Numbered from the stretch's first letter, positions 31,040-42,182 are shown. The stretch: 64,000 nt of DNA from a virus (IMGVR_UViG_3300028534_000001:68338-132337), one strand, 5' to 3'. Notes: generated by a model from the letters alone, not told the origin. A program made the numbers and translations.

Positions 31040-32749
31040 TTAAAATAAATCAATTTTATATTTATAATTTCCACAATCATAAATAATTCTAAATTCATTT
31101 AAAAACATATTATCTAATTCAGATAAACTTTCTTCATATTTATTTAAAATATTTTTATTAAAATATTCTTTTATTTTATGTTTTTGATATTTAATCCTAT
31201 TATATAAAATAGAATTTTTAACATAAAAATAATTTGGACTTGTAATAGATTCTAATTTAAAAATTTTATTATAAACATTTTCTTTGTAAGTCCATCTTCT
31301 ATTACCATATGATATTAAAGATTTAATATTATAATTCTTTTTAAAATAAGATATGAATTTATTAAAAAGTCCTCTTACTATTACATATTTTTTAGTACTA
31401 AATCTTAATAATTCATATTCATTTTCTTTGAATCTATTTTTTCCAAAAGTCATAACTCCATATAAAATATTATCTATATAAAATCCTAATTTAATTTTAG
31501 AATTAACATTTCCTTGTAGGTGATTTTCATCTAAAAATTCTTTAGATGTTTTAGAATCTATTTCTTTTATAATTCCATCTCTAGCATTCAATTTTAAAAT
31601 TTTATTTGATTTTAATTTAATTAAAATTTTAGATTTCCATATATCTTTTTTATTTAAATTTAAAAATTCATTTTCAAAGATATGAAAAAGATGAATATTT
31701 TTTTCTTCACATTTAATAGTTTTTTCTAAATGATAATTTTTGTCTATTTCTTCTTTTTTATTAAAAGAATGATAATAAATCCCATCAAATTCTATAGCAA
31801 AGTTTAAGTCAGGGATATAAATATCTAATTCCTTTCCTTCTAAAATACTTCTATCATTTTCTATTATAATACCATTATAATTTTTTTTTATAAAATTTAC
31901 TAATTCTTTTTCTTGTTTCGAAGTATTTGAATAAAAATAATATGGAATATCAATATTATATTTATTATAAAAATAAATAAAATTATTATAAGATATCCCA
32001 TAATCATTTATAAGTAATGAAGCATCAATAGCATCTTTTTCTTCATTATAATAATTAAAAATAGAATTATAAATATGATTATATTTTAATTTATATTTAT
32101 TATCTTTTAAATTTTTATAATATTGACTTTGAGTTATATGTTCTACATTATATTTTTTTAAATTTGTCTCTTTTATTTTTTCTTTTATTTTTGGAGATTT
32201 AATAGGATTGTCATAACCATATTTTTTTAAATTTGTCTCTTTTATTTTTTCTTTTATTTCTCGAGCTTTTAATACTTCATCAACTCCATATTTTTTTAAA
32301 TTCGTTTCTTTAGCTTTATTCCTATTGTTAAAATTTTTATCTCCGTATTTTTCTAATTTAGTTTGTTTAGACTTTTCAATTATTTTTTTATAATTTGTAT
32401 TTTTAATTTTTAAGTTTTTTAAATCTTCATTTTTATTAGCACATTCATAAGAACAAAATTTTTCTTCCTTAAAAGGATTATACAAAGTTTCTTTTTCTAA
32501 ATGTGCCTCTAATAAATCTTTTCCACAAGTTTTACATTTTTTAGGTTTATTTCCCTTTTCTATATATAAAAAATTTAAAATTTTAGATTTAGTATTATTA
32601 CATATTTTAAAATTAGAATTTAAAAATTTTTTTCCATCATATAATTTTTCTACATATTCTTTTTTTATTTCATTATTTTTTATTTTTTCAACACAATATT
32701 TTTTAATCTCTGTTTTGTTTTTAAATTTTTTATTATCAAAATATAACAT
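31040..32749 (-). mobile_element. Free-standing Hef-like homing endonuclease
   Basis: ETNLKKYG repeats with 23-aa period, CxxC motifs, ELDIYIPDLNFAIEFDGIYYHS nuclease motif and FLDENHLQG second domain; inserted directly downstream of the capsid gene. Confidence 0.75.
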
Positions 32750-32827
32750 TTATACACAGTCCCTATTTAATTTTTTATAATTATACAATATTTTTTAAAA
32801 AAACAAAACTTTTTTCATGAATTTTTT

Positions 32828-32843
32828 AAAAATCCCTAAGGGA
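32828..32843 (-). terminator. Possible weak terminator after the major capsid gene
   Basis: TCCC-TTA-GGGA followed by TTTTT; stem only 4 bp. Confidence 0.3.
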
Positions 32844-32854
32844 ACTTCTATCTA

Positions 32855-34255
32855 TTAGATAGAAGCGTTAAGGATTTTGATTTTTGTACTTAAAGTTGGA
32901 ACAACTGATTTAATACCTGCCATACTTGCAGCTGCTTTTTGAGCTTTAAGTGGGTTGTGGTCCATTCCGTGGAATGTATCAGTTACGAATAATGGCATAT
33001 ATGGAGCATATACAATTGAACTTGTAAATCCATCTTCAGATTTAGTAGTCATAATCATTTCATCTGTTGGAATTGCAATTGTTCTAATTACTGGTCTTCC
33101 ATCAAATGTACCATAGAAATGAGTACCTAAAGCTGCTTTTAAATCTGTAGCTGGAACAAATCCTGGCATTGCTCTTAACATACCTGCAACTTCTGAACCA
33201 ACGATATAAACAATTTCTCCACCTAATCTACCACTTTGTTCTAGAATTCTATTTTCAGCTTGTGCTAATTTAGCTTGGAAACTTAAAATGTGTTCCATAT
33301 ATGATACACCTGCTGGTGCTTGTTTATCCCAAGTTAATGTACCTGGTGTATTTCTATATAATTCTCTTACAACATTTGTTGAAAGTTCTGTAGTTAACTC
33401 TGTAACTAAATCTTGTGCTAAAATTTCTTCAGCATTTAAGCTAAATCTTTTGCTCATTTCATAAGATTTGAATAATCCAATTTCTGTTCTTAATGCAAAT
33501 GTTCTTGCTGTAATTTCAGTTGAATCGAATTCAGTATTGATTGTTTGTAATTCTTGTAAATCTTCTAAGTTAGTTGCATATGTACTTCTAATTGCTACAC
33601 CATCACCAGGAGCAGTATCAAAACTTACTTTTACTTCACCAGTTGAATAATTAACTGAACCTTTACCACCAACACCGATTAGATTTCCTTTACCATCATC
33701 TAGTAATTTTGTATCAGGTTGGTCATCAACTGTAATTTCTAAAGTTCTTAATCTTATTTCTGGATATTTTACAACCCAAGCAAAATCTGTTGCTTTTCCA
33801 TCACCAGTTGCATCTTGTTCATTTTTGATCATTTCCCCAGCAAATTCTTCTAATAATCCAGTTCTTCCTGCTTTTGCATCTAATAAGATTTCATCTTTAG
33901 TACCATCACCTCTATTAGTTCTTGATACAACATTTTTAAACCATACTAAACCTTTTCTTTCTTGAATAGGTTGCACTGAAGCAATTAAAGGAATAACTGA
34001 AGTTGTATTTGCTGCTGCAATAACATCTAATGCGATTTTTGGTAAAACACCTAAATCATCTGCTGAACCATTATTTTCTTTAAACGCTTTCCAACTCTCA
34101 AATTGAGCTAATTGATGTCCTAAAGCTGCTAAATCATTTTCTGTTACTTTTCTACCTGCTTTTGCTAAGGCAGATTTACTTTCAAATGCATCAAAATATT
34201 TTTTATATTTTTTTTCATAATCTGCTAAATTTTTTAATGTTGGTTGATTAAACAT
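32855..34255 (-). CDS. gp23: Major capsid protein (T4 gp23-like)
   Basis: ASVQPI..GLVWF, ITARTFAL, LVTELTTEL, YAPYMPL motifs. Likely start is the ATG at 34255 (AAGGA SD 8 nt upstream) rather than 34264, which overlaps the SD. Confidence 0.92.
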   Translation of the reverse strand: MFNQPTLKNLADYEKKYKKYFDAFESKSALAKAGRKVTENDLAALGHQLAQFESWKAFKENNGSADDLGVLPKIALDVIAAANTTSVIPLIASVQPIQERKGLVWFKNVVSRTNRGDGTKDEILLDAKAGRTGLLEEFAGEMIKNEQDATGDGKATDFAWVVKYPEIRLRTLEITVDDQPDTKLLDDGKGNLIGVGGKGSVNYSTGEVKVSFDTAPGDGVAIRSTYATNLEDLQELQTINTEFDSTEITARTFALRTEIGLFKSYEMSKRFSLNAEEILAQDLVTELTTELSTNVVRELYRNTPGTLTWDKQAPAGVSYMEHILSFQAKLAQAENRILEQSGRLGGEIVYIVGSEVAGMLRAMPGFVPATDLKAALGTHFYGTFDGRPVIRTIAIPTDEMIMTTKSEDGFTSSIVYAPYMPLFVTDTFHGMDHNPLKAQKAAASMAGIKSVVPTLSTKIKILNASI

Positions 34256-34421
34256 TATTACCATCCTTTTTTATAATTTTATATTATTTAATTTTTTTAG
34301 TTCTTTTGAAGGTTGAACAATTACCTTTTTTGTTTTGTCTATTCATTTTGTGCTAAATAGACACTAAACATGTTAAAAATCACTATAAAATCGATTCATG
34401 GATTTTAAAAAAAGAAAAATA

Positions 34422-36452
34422 TTAGATAAGTTTATCTAATAAATCTCTTTCTTTTTTAGTTTCTTTAATTTCTTTTTTAATAGTATAATCTAAACCATAA
34501 TCTTCAACTAATATTTTTTTAGATTTTTCTTGTTTAGATTCTAAAATTTGTTTTGCTTTATTTATGTCTTTATAATTATTTAAAATTTCAATAATTGTAG
34601 TTTTATCTAATTTATATAAAGACTCTAAATATTTTATTTGAAAATCTTTAAGTTGATTTTCAATTTCTTCTTTTAATTGTTTTTCTTTTAATAATAATTC
34701 TTCTAATTCATCTAATTTAGATTTATAATTTTCTTTTTTAGAATCAATTATTTTTAATTTTTCTTCAATTAAATTTAATTCATCATTTTTTTCTTGTAAA
34801 TTTTCTTTTAATTCTTCAATTTTATTTAAAAATTCATTTTTTAAATTTTCTTTAATTTTTTGTTTTTCTAACTCAAGAACTATTTTATTTTCTTCTTCTA
34901 ATTCTTTTTTAATATCTTTTTTTAGTTTATCTATTTCTTCATTAACTTTTTTAGAAAGTAATCTTTCATCTATTAAATTTTTAGATTCTTTTAATAATTT
35001 ATATTCAATTTCTAATTTGTGTTTTTGTTTTTCATTTTCATAAAGTTTTTCAGTTAAAGAATTTATATTTTCTTCTAATTTATTAACTATATTTAATAAA
35101 TTTTTATATTCTTTATTCTTTTTATTTAAAATTTTATCTTGAGATTCTACAATATTTTTTTCATTTTCTAATAATTTTAAAGTTTCATAATAAGATTTTT
35201 TAAATTTATTTAATTTTTCTTTTAATTCTGATATAGATTTATTTTCTTTTAATAATTTTTTAGTTAAATCTTTAATTAAATTTTGATATTCTTCTTCTAA
35301 ATTTTTTTGATTTAAATTTACAATTAAATCATTACTTTTATTTATAATATCTTTAATTTTATCTTCTTCAGATTTAGATTCTTTTCCAATAATTTCTTGT
35401 AATTCTTTTACATATTTCTTTAAATTTTCTATATAAATATTTTCTCCATTATATGAATTTAATTCTTCTAAAAATTTTTCTAAAATATTACTATTTATAT
35501 CTTCTAAAGGAACATCTAAATATTCTATCATAGAATTTTTAATATCATCTAATTTTTTATCTACATTACTATCTTTTAAAAAATATTCTATATAAGAAAC
35601 TATCATAGTATTTATAAAATTTATTTTTTTATTTTTAGTAGAATTATTATCTTCATTAGAATTATTTTCTAATAATTTATTTTGTAAAACTTCATTTTCT
35701 TCTTTAAGATTTTTAATAATTGATTGTAATTTTTTATTTTCTTTTTTTAAATTTTCATAAATTTCTATTTCACTTATAATAGTACAAACACCATCCTCAC
35801 ACAAATGAATTTTACTTTCTTTTAATTTTTCAATGTCTTTTTTATTATTTTTTTCTAATTCTTCTACAAGATTAACGTCTACACTTGCAATACCTGGTTT
35901 TATAACAAAATCAATACTTTCTAATTGAAATGTATTAGGGTTTATTACTTGATATCTTTTCCCATCTATTTCTTTAGATTCATTTAAAAATTCACCAAAT
36001 CCTCTAGTAGAAACTTTCATTTTACTTCCAGCTTTTAAAACTGTTTCTAAAATTCTACCAGCTGGAGTATCTAAAATTTCATAAGTAGCATACCCATAAC
36101 CATCATTTCCTAATTTAATATCAGTAACAATATGAGAAACTTTACCTTCTTGAAGTAATTCATCTAATGTATAATTTTCTGGATGTCCTATACATCCAAA
36201 CATTAACTTTTCGTTTAACATTTGTTTAACTTCAGGATCTTTTATAGCATTTTCCCATAATTTTTTAGGATAAAATCTCCCATTTCTACTAACACCATCT
36301 AATACGAACGATTTTCCTTCAACTATTCCTAAAACTTTTTGATTAGTAGAAGGTTTATAATTTTCGTGAAGTTTTAGATATTCTTGAGGTTGATAAAATT
36401 TTGTTTCACTTATTGAACCAAATTCATCAACTAACATTATTTTATTTTTCAT
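34422..36452 (-). CDS. gp21: Prohead protease (gp21-like) fused to a long coiled-coil scaffold
   Basis: SRNGRFYP, GHP, VSHIV, ILDTPAG, VSTRG and DFV..PG motifs, followed by about 450 aa of K/E coiled coil. Confidence 0.88.
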   Translation of the reverse strand: MKNKIMLVDEFGSISETKFYQPQEYLKLHENYKPSTNQKVLGIVEGKSFVLDGVSRNGRFYPKKLWENAIKDPEVKQMLNEKLMFGCIGHPENYTLDELLQEGKVSHIVTDIKLGNDGYGYATYEILDTPAGRILETVLKAGSKMKVSTRGFGEFLNESKEIDGKRYQVINPNTFQLESIDFVIKPGIASVDVNLVEELEKNNKKDIEKLKESKIHLCEDGVCTIISEIEIYENLKKENKKLQSIIKNLKEENEVLQNKLLENNSNEDNNSTKNKKINFINTMIVSYIEYFLKDSNVDKKLDDIKNSMIEYLDVPLEDINSNILEKFLEELNSYNGENIYIENLKKYVKELQEIIGKESKSEEDKIKDIINKSNDLIVNLNQKNLEEEYQNLIKDLTKKLLKENKSISELKEKLNKFKKSYYETLKLLENEKNIVESQDKILNKKNKEYKNLLNIVNKLEENINSLTEKLYENEKQKHKLEIEYKLLKESKNLIDERLLSKKVNEEIDKLKKDIKKELEEENKIVLELEKQKIKENLKNEFLNKIEELKENLQEKNDELNLIEEKLKIIDSKKENYKSKLDELEELLLKEKQLKEEIENQLKDFQIKYLESLYKLDKTTIIEILNNYKDINKAKQILESKQEKSKKILVEDYGLDYTIKKEIKETKKERDLLDKLI

Positions 36453-36464
36453 AAAAATTCCTTT

Positions 36465-36944
36465 TTAATCTTTAAAGAAATTGAATATATTTATCAATTT
36501 TTCAATAGTATCTTTTTTATTATTTAAAAAATTTTCATCAAATAGACTTTTTATTAAATCTTTTTCGATTTCATAAGTTTCATTTAAAAAAATATCAAAA
36601 ATATTTAAAAATTCTACCATAGCTGAATAATTAACTTCAAAATATTGTAATTCAATCATTATATGTGTTTTTATAGATGATAATGTAGTTAAAATAAAAA
36701 CTTTATCTGAATATGATAAAGTTTCTTTATTTAATAAATTTAAAGATTCAATTATTTTCTTTTTAAATCTTTTTTTATTAGTAGAATCTTGCCATTTTTT
36801 TAAACCATTTTTTAAAATATTTTCATCTAATTTATCTATAAAATTATTTAATTTTTTCATTACGCTTAATTTTTTAGCATATTGATTTTCATCCATTTCT
36901 AATATATTATATTCAAATTCGTGCTCTTTATTTTTAAATTTCAT
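36465..36944 (-). CDS. Hypothetical head-region protein
   Basis: ORF between portal and protease. Confidence 0.55.
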   Translation of the reverse strand: MKFKNKEHEFEYNILEMDENQYAKKLSVMKKLNNFIDKLDENILKNGLKKWQDSTNKKRFKKKIIESLNLLNKETLSYSDKVFILTTLSSIKTHIMIELQYFEVNYSAMVEFLNIFDIFLNETYEIEKDLIKSLFDENFLNNKKDTIEKLINIFNFFKD

Positions 36945-36958
36945 TTTTAAAAACCTTA

Positions 36959-38407
36959 TTATTTTTCAGAATGTTCTTGATTTTGAAGTTTAAAAATAGT
37001 TTTACCAAACATTTTTTCAAAAGTTTTATTATAAAAATCTATTATAACAGTTTGATCTACATTTACACCTAAATCATCAGCATTTTCAGCAAAACTTTGA
37101 ACAAATTCATTTATATTACTCATCATATCTATAGTCATATTTAAAAATTCTATTTTTTCTAAATCATTTAAATTTACTACATTTAAAAATTGTACTTCTA
37201 TATTTTTCATATTTACATCATAACCACAATTAACTAAATGAATTAAAAATAATTGTGCTAATGAATTTTTAATAGAAGATTGAAATGTTTTTAATTTTTT
37301 AGAATATCTAACGCTATTTTGAATTAAATCCATTCTACTAACATCATTTTCAAATACACTAGGTGGAAAACCATTTGTTTGTAAAATTATATTTCTTGTA
37401 TCTTCAATTTTTTCAAATAAATCGTCTAAATCATCAAAAACACCAAAATCTATTTTCTCTACTTGACCTTTGTCAGACCAATTAGGTACAACTTTAATAG
37501 TATTAGTATGTTGTAATATTTGTTCTAATGTTTCTTTAACTTCATCAAAATTAAATTCAATTGAATTTATAGATTTATTAACTAATTTTTCATATGTTTT
37601 AGCTATTTGAACAGCTTCATCAGGTTTTACACTATCAGGTATATTTACACCTAATATATCTTGTTTAGAAGCTTTTTTAATTAAATTTATATATACTAAA
37701 CCTTCTAATAAATATAAAGTTTTCAAATTTTGTAAAACAGGCCTTAAAATACCTTCTGCTGTTCTAAAATAAACTACATCTTCATCATTTAATTCAATTT
37801 TGACTTTTTTTCTACTAGTTGAATATCCAAAAAAAGCATATTTATAAGCAGGTTCTCTAATAATTTTTCCATCTTTTATAACATTATAATATATAATTCT
37901 ATTGTCTCTCCATACAGGTATTATATTTTTAGGGTCAACATCGTCGTGTATATTAACAATACCTTTTAGAGTTTTATCTGAATCTATTGTATTTACATCT
38001 AATCTCAAATAATGTGGTCCATAAGCTAAAATATCAGGAGAAATATCTGTAATAATTTTTTCTATATTAAATTCTTTTTTAAAATTATTTATTTCTTGTG
38101 TTGCTATTTCATTTACACTTCCATCATCATTTTTAACAGTAACTTTAAAAATTTCATCTTCTCCACCGATTGGATTTAAAGCATCATCTATAATTCTACT
38201 AATCATCATTTCTGATAAATAAAAATCTTTTATATCATCAATTTCTTTAAAATGTTTTGACAAACTTTCTTGTTGTTTTAAAATAGATAGATTAACTTTT
38301 GTGATTGGATTGTCGTCTTTAAGCATATTCATATTTTTTAAAGTTCCAGCATCAGTTCCTTCTGTTTTCCAAAAGAATAACCTTTGCGTCATTTTGTTCC
38401 AATCCAT
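36959..38407 (-). CDS. gp20: Portal protein (T4 gp20-like)
   Basis: Between terminase and protease; GILRPVLQNLKTLYLLEGLVYI resembles the gp20 conserved helix; size. Confidence 0.8.
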   Translation of the reverse strand: MDWNKMTQRLFFWKTEGTDAGTLKNMNMLKDDNPITKVNLSILKQQESLSKHFKEIDDIKDFYLSEMMISRIIDDALNPIGGEDEIFKVTVKNDDGSVNEIATQEINNFKKEFNIEKIITDISPDILAYGPHYLRLDVNTIDSDKTLKGIVNIHDDVDPKNIIPVWRDNRIIYYNVIKDGKIIREPAYKYAFFGYSTSRKKVKIELNDEDVVYFRTAEGILRPVLQNLKTLYLLEGLVYINLIKKASKQDILGVNIPDSVKPDEAVQIAKTYEKLVNKSINSIEFNFDEVKETLEQILQHTNTIKVVPNWSDKGQVEKIDFGVFDDLDDLFEKIEDTRNIILQTNGFPPSVFENDVSRMDLIQNSVRYSKKLKTFQSSIKNSLAQLFLIHLVNCGYDVNMKNIEVQFLNVVNLNDLEKIEFLNMTIDMMSNINEFVQSFAENADDLGVNVDQTVIIDFYNKTFEKMFGKTIFKLQNQEHSEK

Positions 38408-38437
38408 TTCTTCTCCTTATTTTATTTTATTATAAAT

Positions 38438-40270
38438 TTATTTAATTTTTAAATAATCAATTTCTTTACCACCTATTGATAAAATAGCATCCATAATTTT
38501 ATTTCCTGATGCTAAACCAGATTTTATTTTTAATTCTTTAACATAATTTTCATTTTCTAATTTAGAAGGTTTTATTTCTTTATCAAACATATATAAAGCA
38601 TTAGCTAAAGCATCTGTTAAATCTTTTGATATATATAATTCTCTTTCTCTTAAAATAGGGACACTACTTAAAAGTTCTTGTATATGGTCTATCTTTTTTT
38701 CATCTTCATATAAAGAATTTAATTCTTCTAATAAAATTTTATTATTAGGTAATTTTAATCTTTTTTCTTCTATAGCATATTTTAATGTATAATATGGTTG
38801 TTTTTTCCTATCTACTGAATTCATTTTTACATTAAAACCATCTGCTTCTAATTTTTGTAAAAAATATTCACTTTGATAACCATCTGATACTACTAATTGA
38901 ATATTAAATCCATATTCTCTTAAATCTCTTATGAAATCTCTAATTTTTTCCATTTTTAATTTTTTACCTATTTCTTTAGGCATAAAAGCTAAACATAAAT
39001 CAGCCCAATAAACAAAATCCTCAGCTGTCCCTAAATTATCATTTAATAATCTTTCTACTTTTACTTCTGATCTTCTATGTAACATAGCAAAACCAAATCT
39101 ATCTTGTTTTAAACCTATATCTATAGCTATAACTCTTGGTTTTTTTGGGTCAAATGCACCTAATAAATTTTTATCAAATAAATCTATAATTTTATTAGTT
39201 TCATCTTCATCAATTAAAATATAATCTTTATCATATAATTTAGTAAGTTTTAAAGCTTCTCTTATAGCTTGTTTATCTTTTAAAAATGTTTTACTATTTA
39301 ATGTTGGTTTCCCTAAAACATCTTGAATACCAGCTTCTATACTATTTTTAAATTCTTGAAAATGTTCAATAGGGACTTCAAAAATTTTACTTGGGTCTAT
39401 ATTAAATGCAGTTTCTAATTGTTCTTCAGTTTCTATTATAAATGGGTCTGAATCATATGTACCTATAAATACTTTAAATTTTTTACCTGAATATTTTATT
39501 TTATGTTTTAAAACTTCAAATCTAGCAGGATTTACCATTTCAATACCTGAAAATCCTTCAAAATTATGTTTAATTTTTTCTGTTAAAGAACTTTCTGTTT
39601 GAGCTGAAGAAATAATGAAATATTTACCAGGCCATCTGTTACCTTCCAAAATAAACCTAGAATTTATCCTATTTATCATCTCAGTTACTAACTCAAAACT
39701 TCCACCTTTTACAACTTCTTGATTAACCTCATCTGAAATAGCTGATATTACATCTTTACCTACTAATTGTCTTTTTCTTGAACATATTGATACATCTATA
39801 TTTTTTACAAATAGTGTTCTACCTTTTTTATTAAAATGTTCTACAAAAAATGGACTTTCTCTCATAATAGCTAACATAGGGTCATAATTGATACTATCAG
39901 CTGCTTCTATAGTTGAGTTAGTTAACATGAAAATAATTTTAGTTGTCTCAGGCAATTTAAATTTTTCTTGTGGATTTTTTAAATGTAAAATTCTACATAT
40001 AATATATAAAGTAGCATATGTAGAAATTTTAGATTTACCAACACCAGTTGAACCAGTTAATAATATAATTTTTTTGTCAGGGTCTTTTTCATAAAATGGA
40101 GTAGGAAACCATTGTCTTAATTTCTCTCTCCAATATGGGAAAATTTTTGTTCCTCCCATAGTTTCATCACCCAAATAATAAGGATTAGTCAAAAATTCGT
40201 CTATAGTAGGTGGAGCTTTAATATATCCATTTGCCTTAGCAAATTTTTCATATACTTTTTTGATGCTCAT
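38438..40270 (-). CDS. terL: Terminase large subunit
   Basis: Walker A LLTGSTGVGKS, Walker B AISDEVN, coupling motif IISSA, nuclease IAIDIG...D and KDLTDALA. Confidence 0.92.
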   Translation of the reverse strand: MSIKKVYEKFAKANGYIKAPPTIDEFLTNPYYLGDETMGGTKIFPYWREKLRQWFPTPFYEKDPDKKIILLTGSTGVGKSKISTYATLYIICRILHLKNPQEKFKLPETTKIIFMLTNSTIEAADSINYDPMLAIMRESPFFVEHFNKKGRTLFVKNIDVSICSRKRQLVGKDVISAISDEVNQEVVKGGSFELVTEMINRINSRFILEGNRWPGKYFIISSAQTESSLTEKIKHNFEGFSGIEMVNPARFEVLKHKIKYSGKKFKVFIGTYDSDPFIIETEEQLETAFNIDPSKIFEVPIEHFQEFKNSIEAGIQDVLGKPTLNSKTFLKDKQAIREALKLTKLYDKDYILIDEDETNKIIDLFDKNLLGAFDPKKPRVIAIDIGLKQDRFGFAMLHRRSEVKVERLLNDNLGTAEDFVYWADLCLAFMPKEIGKKLKMEKIRDFIRDLREYGFNIQLVVSDGYQSEYFLQKLEADGFNVKMNSVDRKKQPYYTLKYAIEEKRLKLPNNKILLEELNSLYEDEKKIDHIQELLSSVPILRERELYISKDLTDALANALYMFDKEIKPSKLENENYVKELKIKSGLASGNKIMDAILSIGGKEIDYLKIK

Positions 40271-40272
40271 TA

Positions 40273-40479
40273 TTAACCTTTGATTATTTCATCACTTGCT
40301 GCATCTACTAATTTATAAATATCGTTAATATCTAAATCTTTTAATTCTTCATTATCTTGTTTAGATTTTTTTAATAATGCTGTACATAATACCATAATAT
40401 CTATAGCATCTTTAGCTGTCATATTTTCACCATTTTCAATTTTAATTTCTTCACCAATTTCAAATGTAATTTTTTTCAT
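40273..40479 (-). CDS. Small hypothetical protein upstream of terL
   Basis: 68-aa ORF with AAGGAG SD. Confidence 0.55.
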   Translation of the reverse strand: MKKITFEIGEEIKIENGENMTAKDAIDIMVLCTALLKKSKQDNEELKDLDINDIYKLVDAASDEIIKG

Positions 40480-40512
40480 TTGGTTTCTCCTTTTTATTTT
40501 TATTTAATTTTT

Positions 40513-41160
40513 TTAACCTAAAATATCGCTATCACTTATATCTAATTTTATCTCACTTGGAGATTCTCCTGTATAATATATATCTTTTGTATTAGATTCG
40601 TGATTATCATTAGCTTCTTTAATATTTTCCATAGGTTTTCCTAATAAATCATTTATAAATTCTTCTACACTTTGATCTTCATTCCTATCTTGTTTTTCTA
40701 ATTCTTCTATATATTCAGCATTTAATTCTTGAGCTATTTTTGTATGTTTATTAAATTTAGTTACTGGGACTACAATACATTTTGTATAAATATGACCAAA
40801 TTCATCATTATTAGATTGTAAATCATATACTCTATATAATTGTTCTCCAGCAGGCATTTTAAAAACTACTAAAGAATTTATAGGAATAACCATTCTATCA
40901 TCAAAATATATAGCTTTTTCATCTCCATTTAATTCATCAAAAAATCCCCCAAATTGAGCTTTAGAACCACCAAAAACAAAAGGTGCTAAAAATTTTCCTG
41001 TCCAATCTGGTGTTTCAGAATATTCTATTTCATCATCATAACCTGCTCTAGCACTTTCAAATTCTTTTGGGTAATATAATTCACCTTCTAAACCAAATAT
41101 ATTTGAAAGAACTGCTACTGCTGTTCTTCCTGCTATTCTTAAAGTTGGACTAAATAACAC
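40513..41160 (-). CDS. Putative head-closure/neck protein
   Basis: Beta-rich N-terminal half (IPINSLVVF...YRV) like head-closure proteins; acidic tail. Confidence 0.35.
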   Translation of the reverse strand: MLFSPTLRIAGRTAVAVLSNIFGLEGELYYPKEFESARAGYDDEIEYSETPDWTGKFLAPFVFGGSKAQFGGFFDELNGDEKAIYFDDRMVIPINSLVVFKMPAGEQLYRVYDLQSNNDEFGHIYTKCIVVPVTKFNKHTKIAQELNAEYIEELEKQDRNEDQSVEEFINDLLGKPMENIKEANDNHESNTKDIYYTGESPSEIKLDISDSDILG

Positions 41161-41174
41161 TATAATTCTCCTTT

Positions 41175-42182
41175 TTAAGATATATTTTTATCTTTATTAT
41201 TATATAAATAAGAAATTTGTTCATCAGTTAAAATTTCTTTACAAATTCTAAAATTATCTATAAATCCTTCAAAATAATTACTAGCAGAAGTAGAATCTAA
41301 ATCTGCACCTAATCCTATAAATGTATCTAAATTTGATAGATCTAAAGATGAACCAACATCACTATCATATGAACCATTTATATATATTTTACCTTCTGAA
41401 GTTATAGCAAAATGGGTAAAATTATTTGTATCTATAGATTTTTTGTATACATTTTTATTATTATAATAAAATAATAAATTATTATCTTGAATAATTATAT
41501 TAAAAGTATTTTCATTATTTCTTGTCATAGAAACAGCACATTTATAAGCTGAATTTAATAAAGGTTTTATCCATAAAGATATAGTAAAAGGGTTTTCTAT
41601 ATTATTAGTTTCAACTAATAAATAAGTATTTCCATCAAAATTAAAAGCTTGATTTTCTACACCATTACTATATTGAGCATTTCCTACAATTTTTGTTTTA
41701 ACATTATTATAATAATCATTTATATTATTATTAAAATCTAATAATATATATGAACAAAAATCATTATTATAAATTTCATCAATTGTTTGAGTAGATTCAT
41801 TAGTTTCAGAATTTGTTGTATTATCAATTATTTCTGGTTGAGTATTTTCATAATTTATAATTTCTTCTGTTTCAAAACTTATAGGACATCCAAAAATATC
41901 ATATAAATTATCATCTATTAAAAAAACTAATTTAGAAGGGTCTAATATATAATCTTTACAATTTAAAATAAAATTTGTAATGACTTCATCATATGTTAAA
42001 TCTTCAATAGTCCCATAAAATGGTTCAATAAAATTATTATTATATATTTTCTTTTTAGAATATGTATCTCCTCTTAAATTTGTTATTACTCCATTTTTAT
42101 TAAAAGCAATATATTTTACAGGAATTTGAACTCTAGAATTATTTCTATAATAATCTTCTAGTAAAATTTTATCAATAAACAT
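41175..42182 (-). CDS. Virion protein with LamG/concanavalin-A-like lectin domain
   Basis: FDGNTY, FTISLWIK, THFAIT, KIYING, IGLGA, YFEGFIDNFRI...LTDEQISYLY motifs. Confidence 0.85.
   Translation of the reverse strand: MFIDKILLEDYYRNNSRVQIPVKYIAFNKNGVITNLRGDTYSKKKIYNNNFIEPFYGTIEDLTYDEVITNFILNCKDYILDPSKLVFLIDDNLYDIFGCPISFETEEIINYENTQPEIIDNTTNSETNESTQTIDEIYNNDFCSYILLDFNNNINDYYNNVKTKIVGNAQYSNGVENQAFNFDGNTYLLVETNNIENPFTISLWIKPLLNSAYKCAVSMTRNNENTFNIIIQDNNLLFYYNNKNVYKKSIDTNNFTHFAITSEGKIYINGSYDSDVGSSLDLSNLDTFIGLGADLDSTSASNYFEGFIDNFRICKEILTDEQISYLYNNKDKNIS

Noticed and set aside
40273-40479. Small terminase assignment
   Set aside because: Position fits, but the protein is only 68 aa and has no recognisable motif
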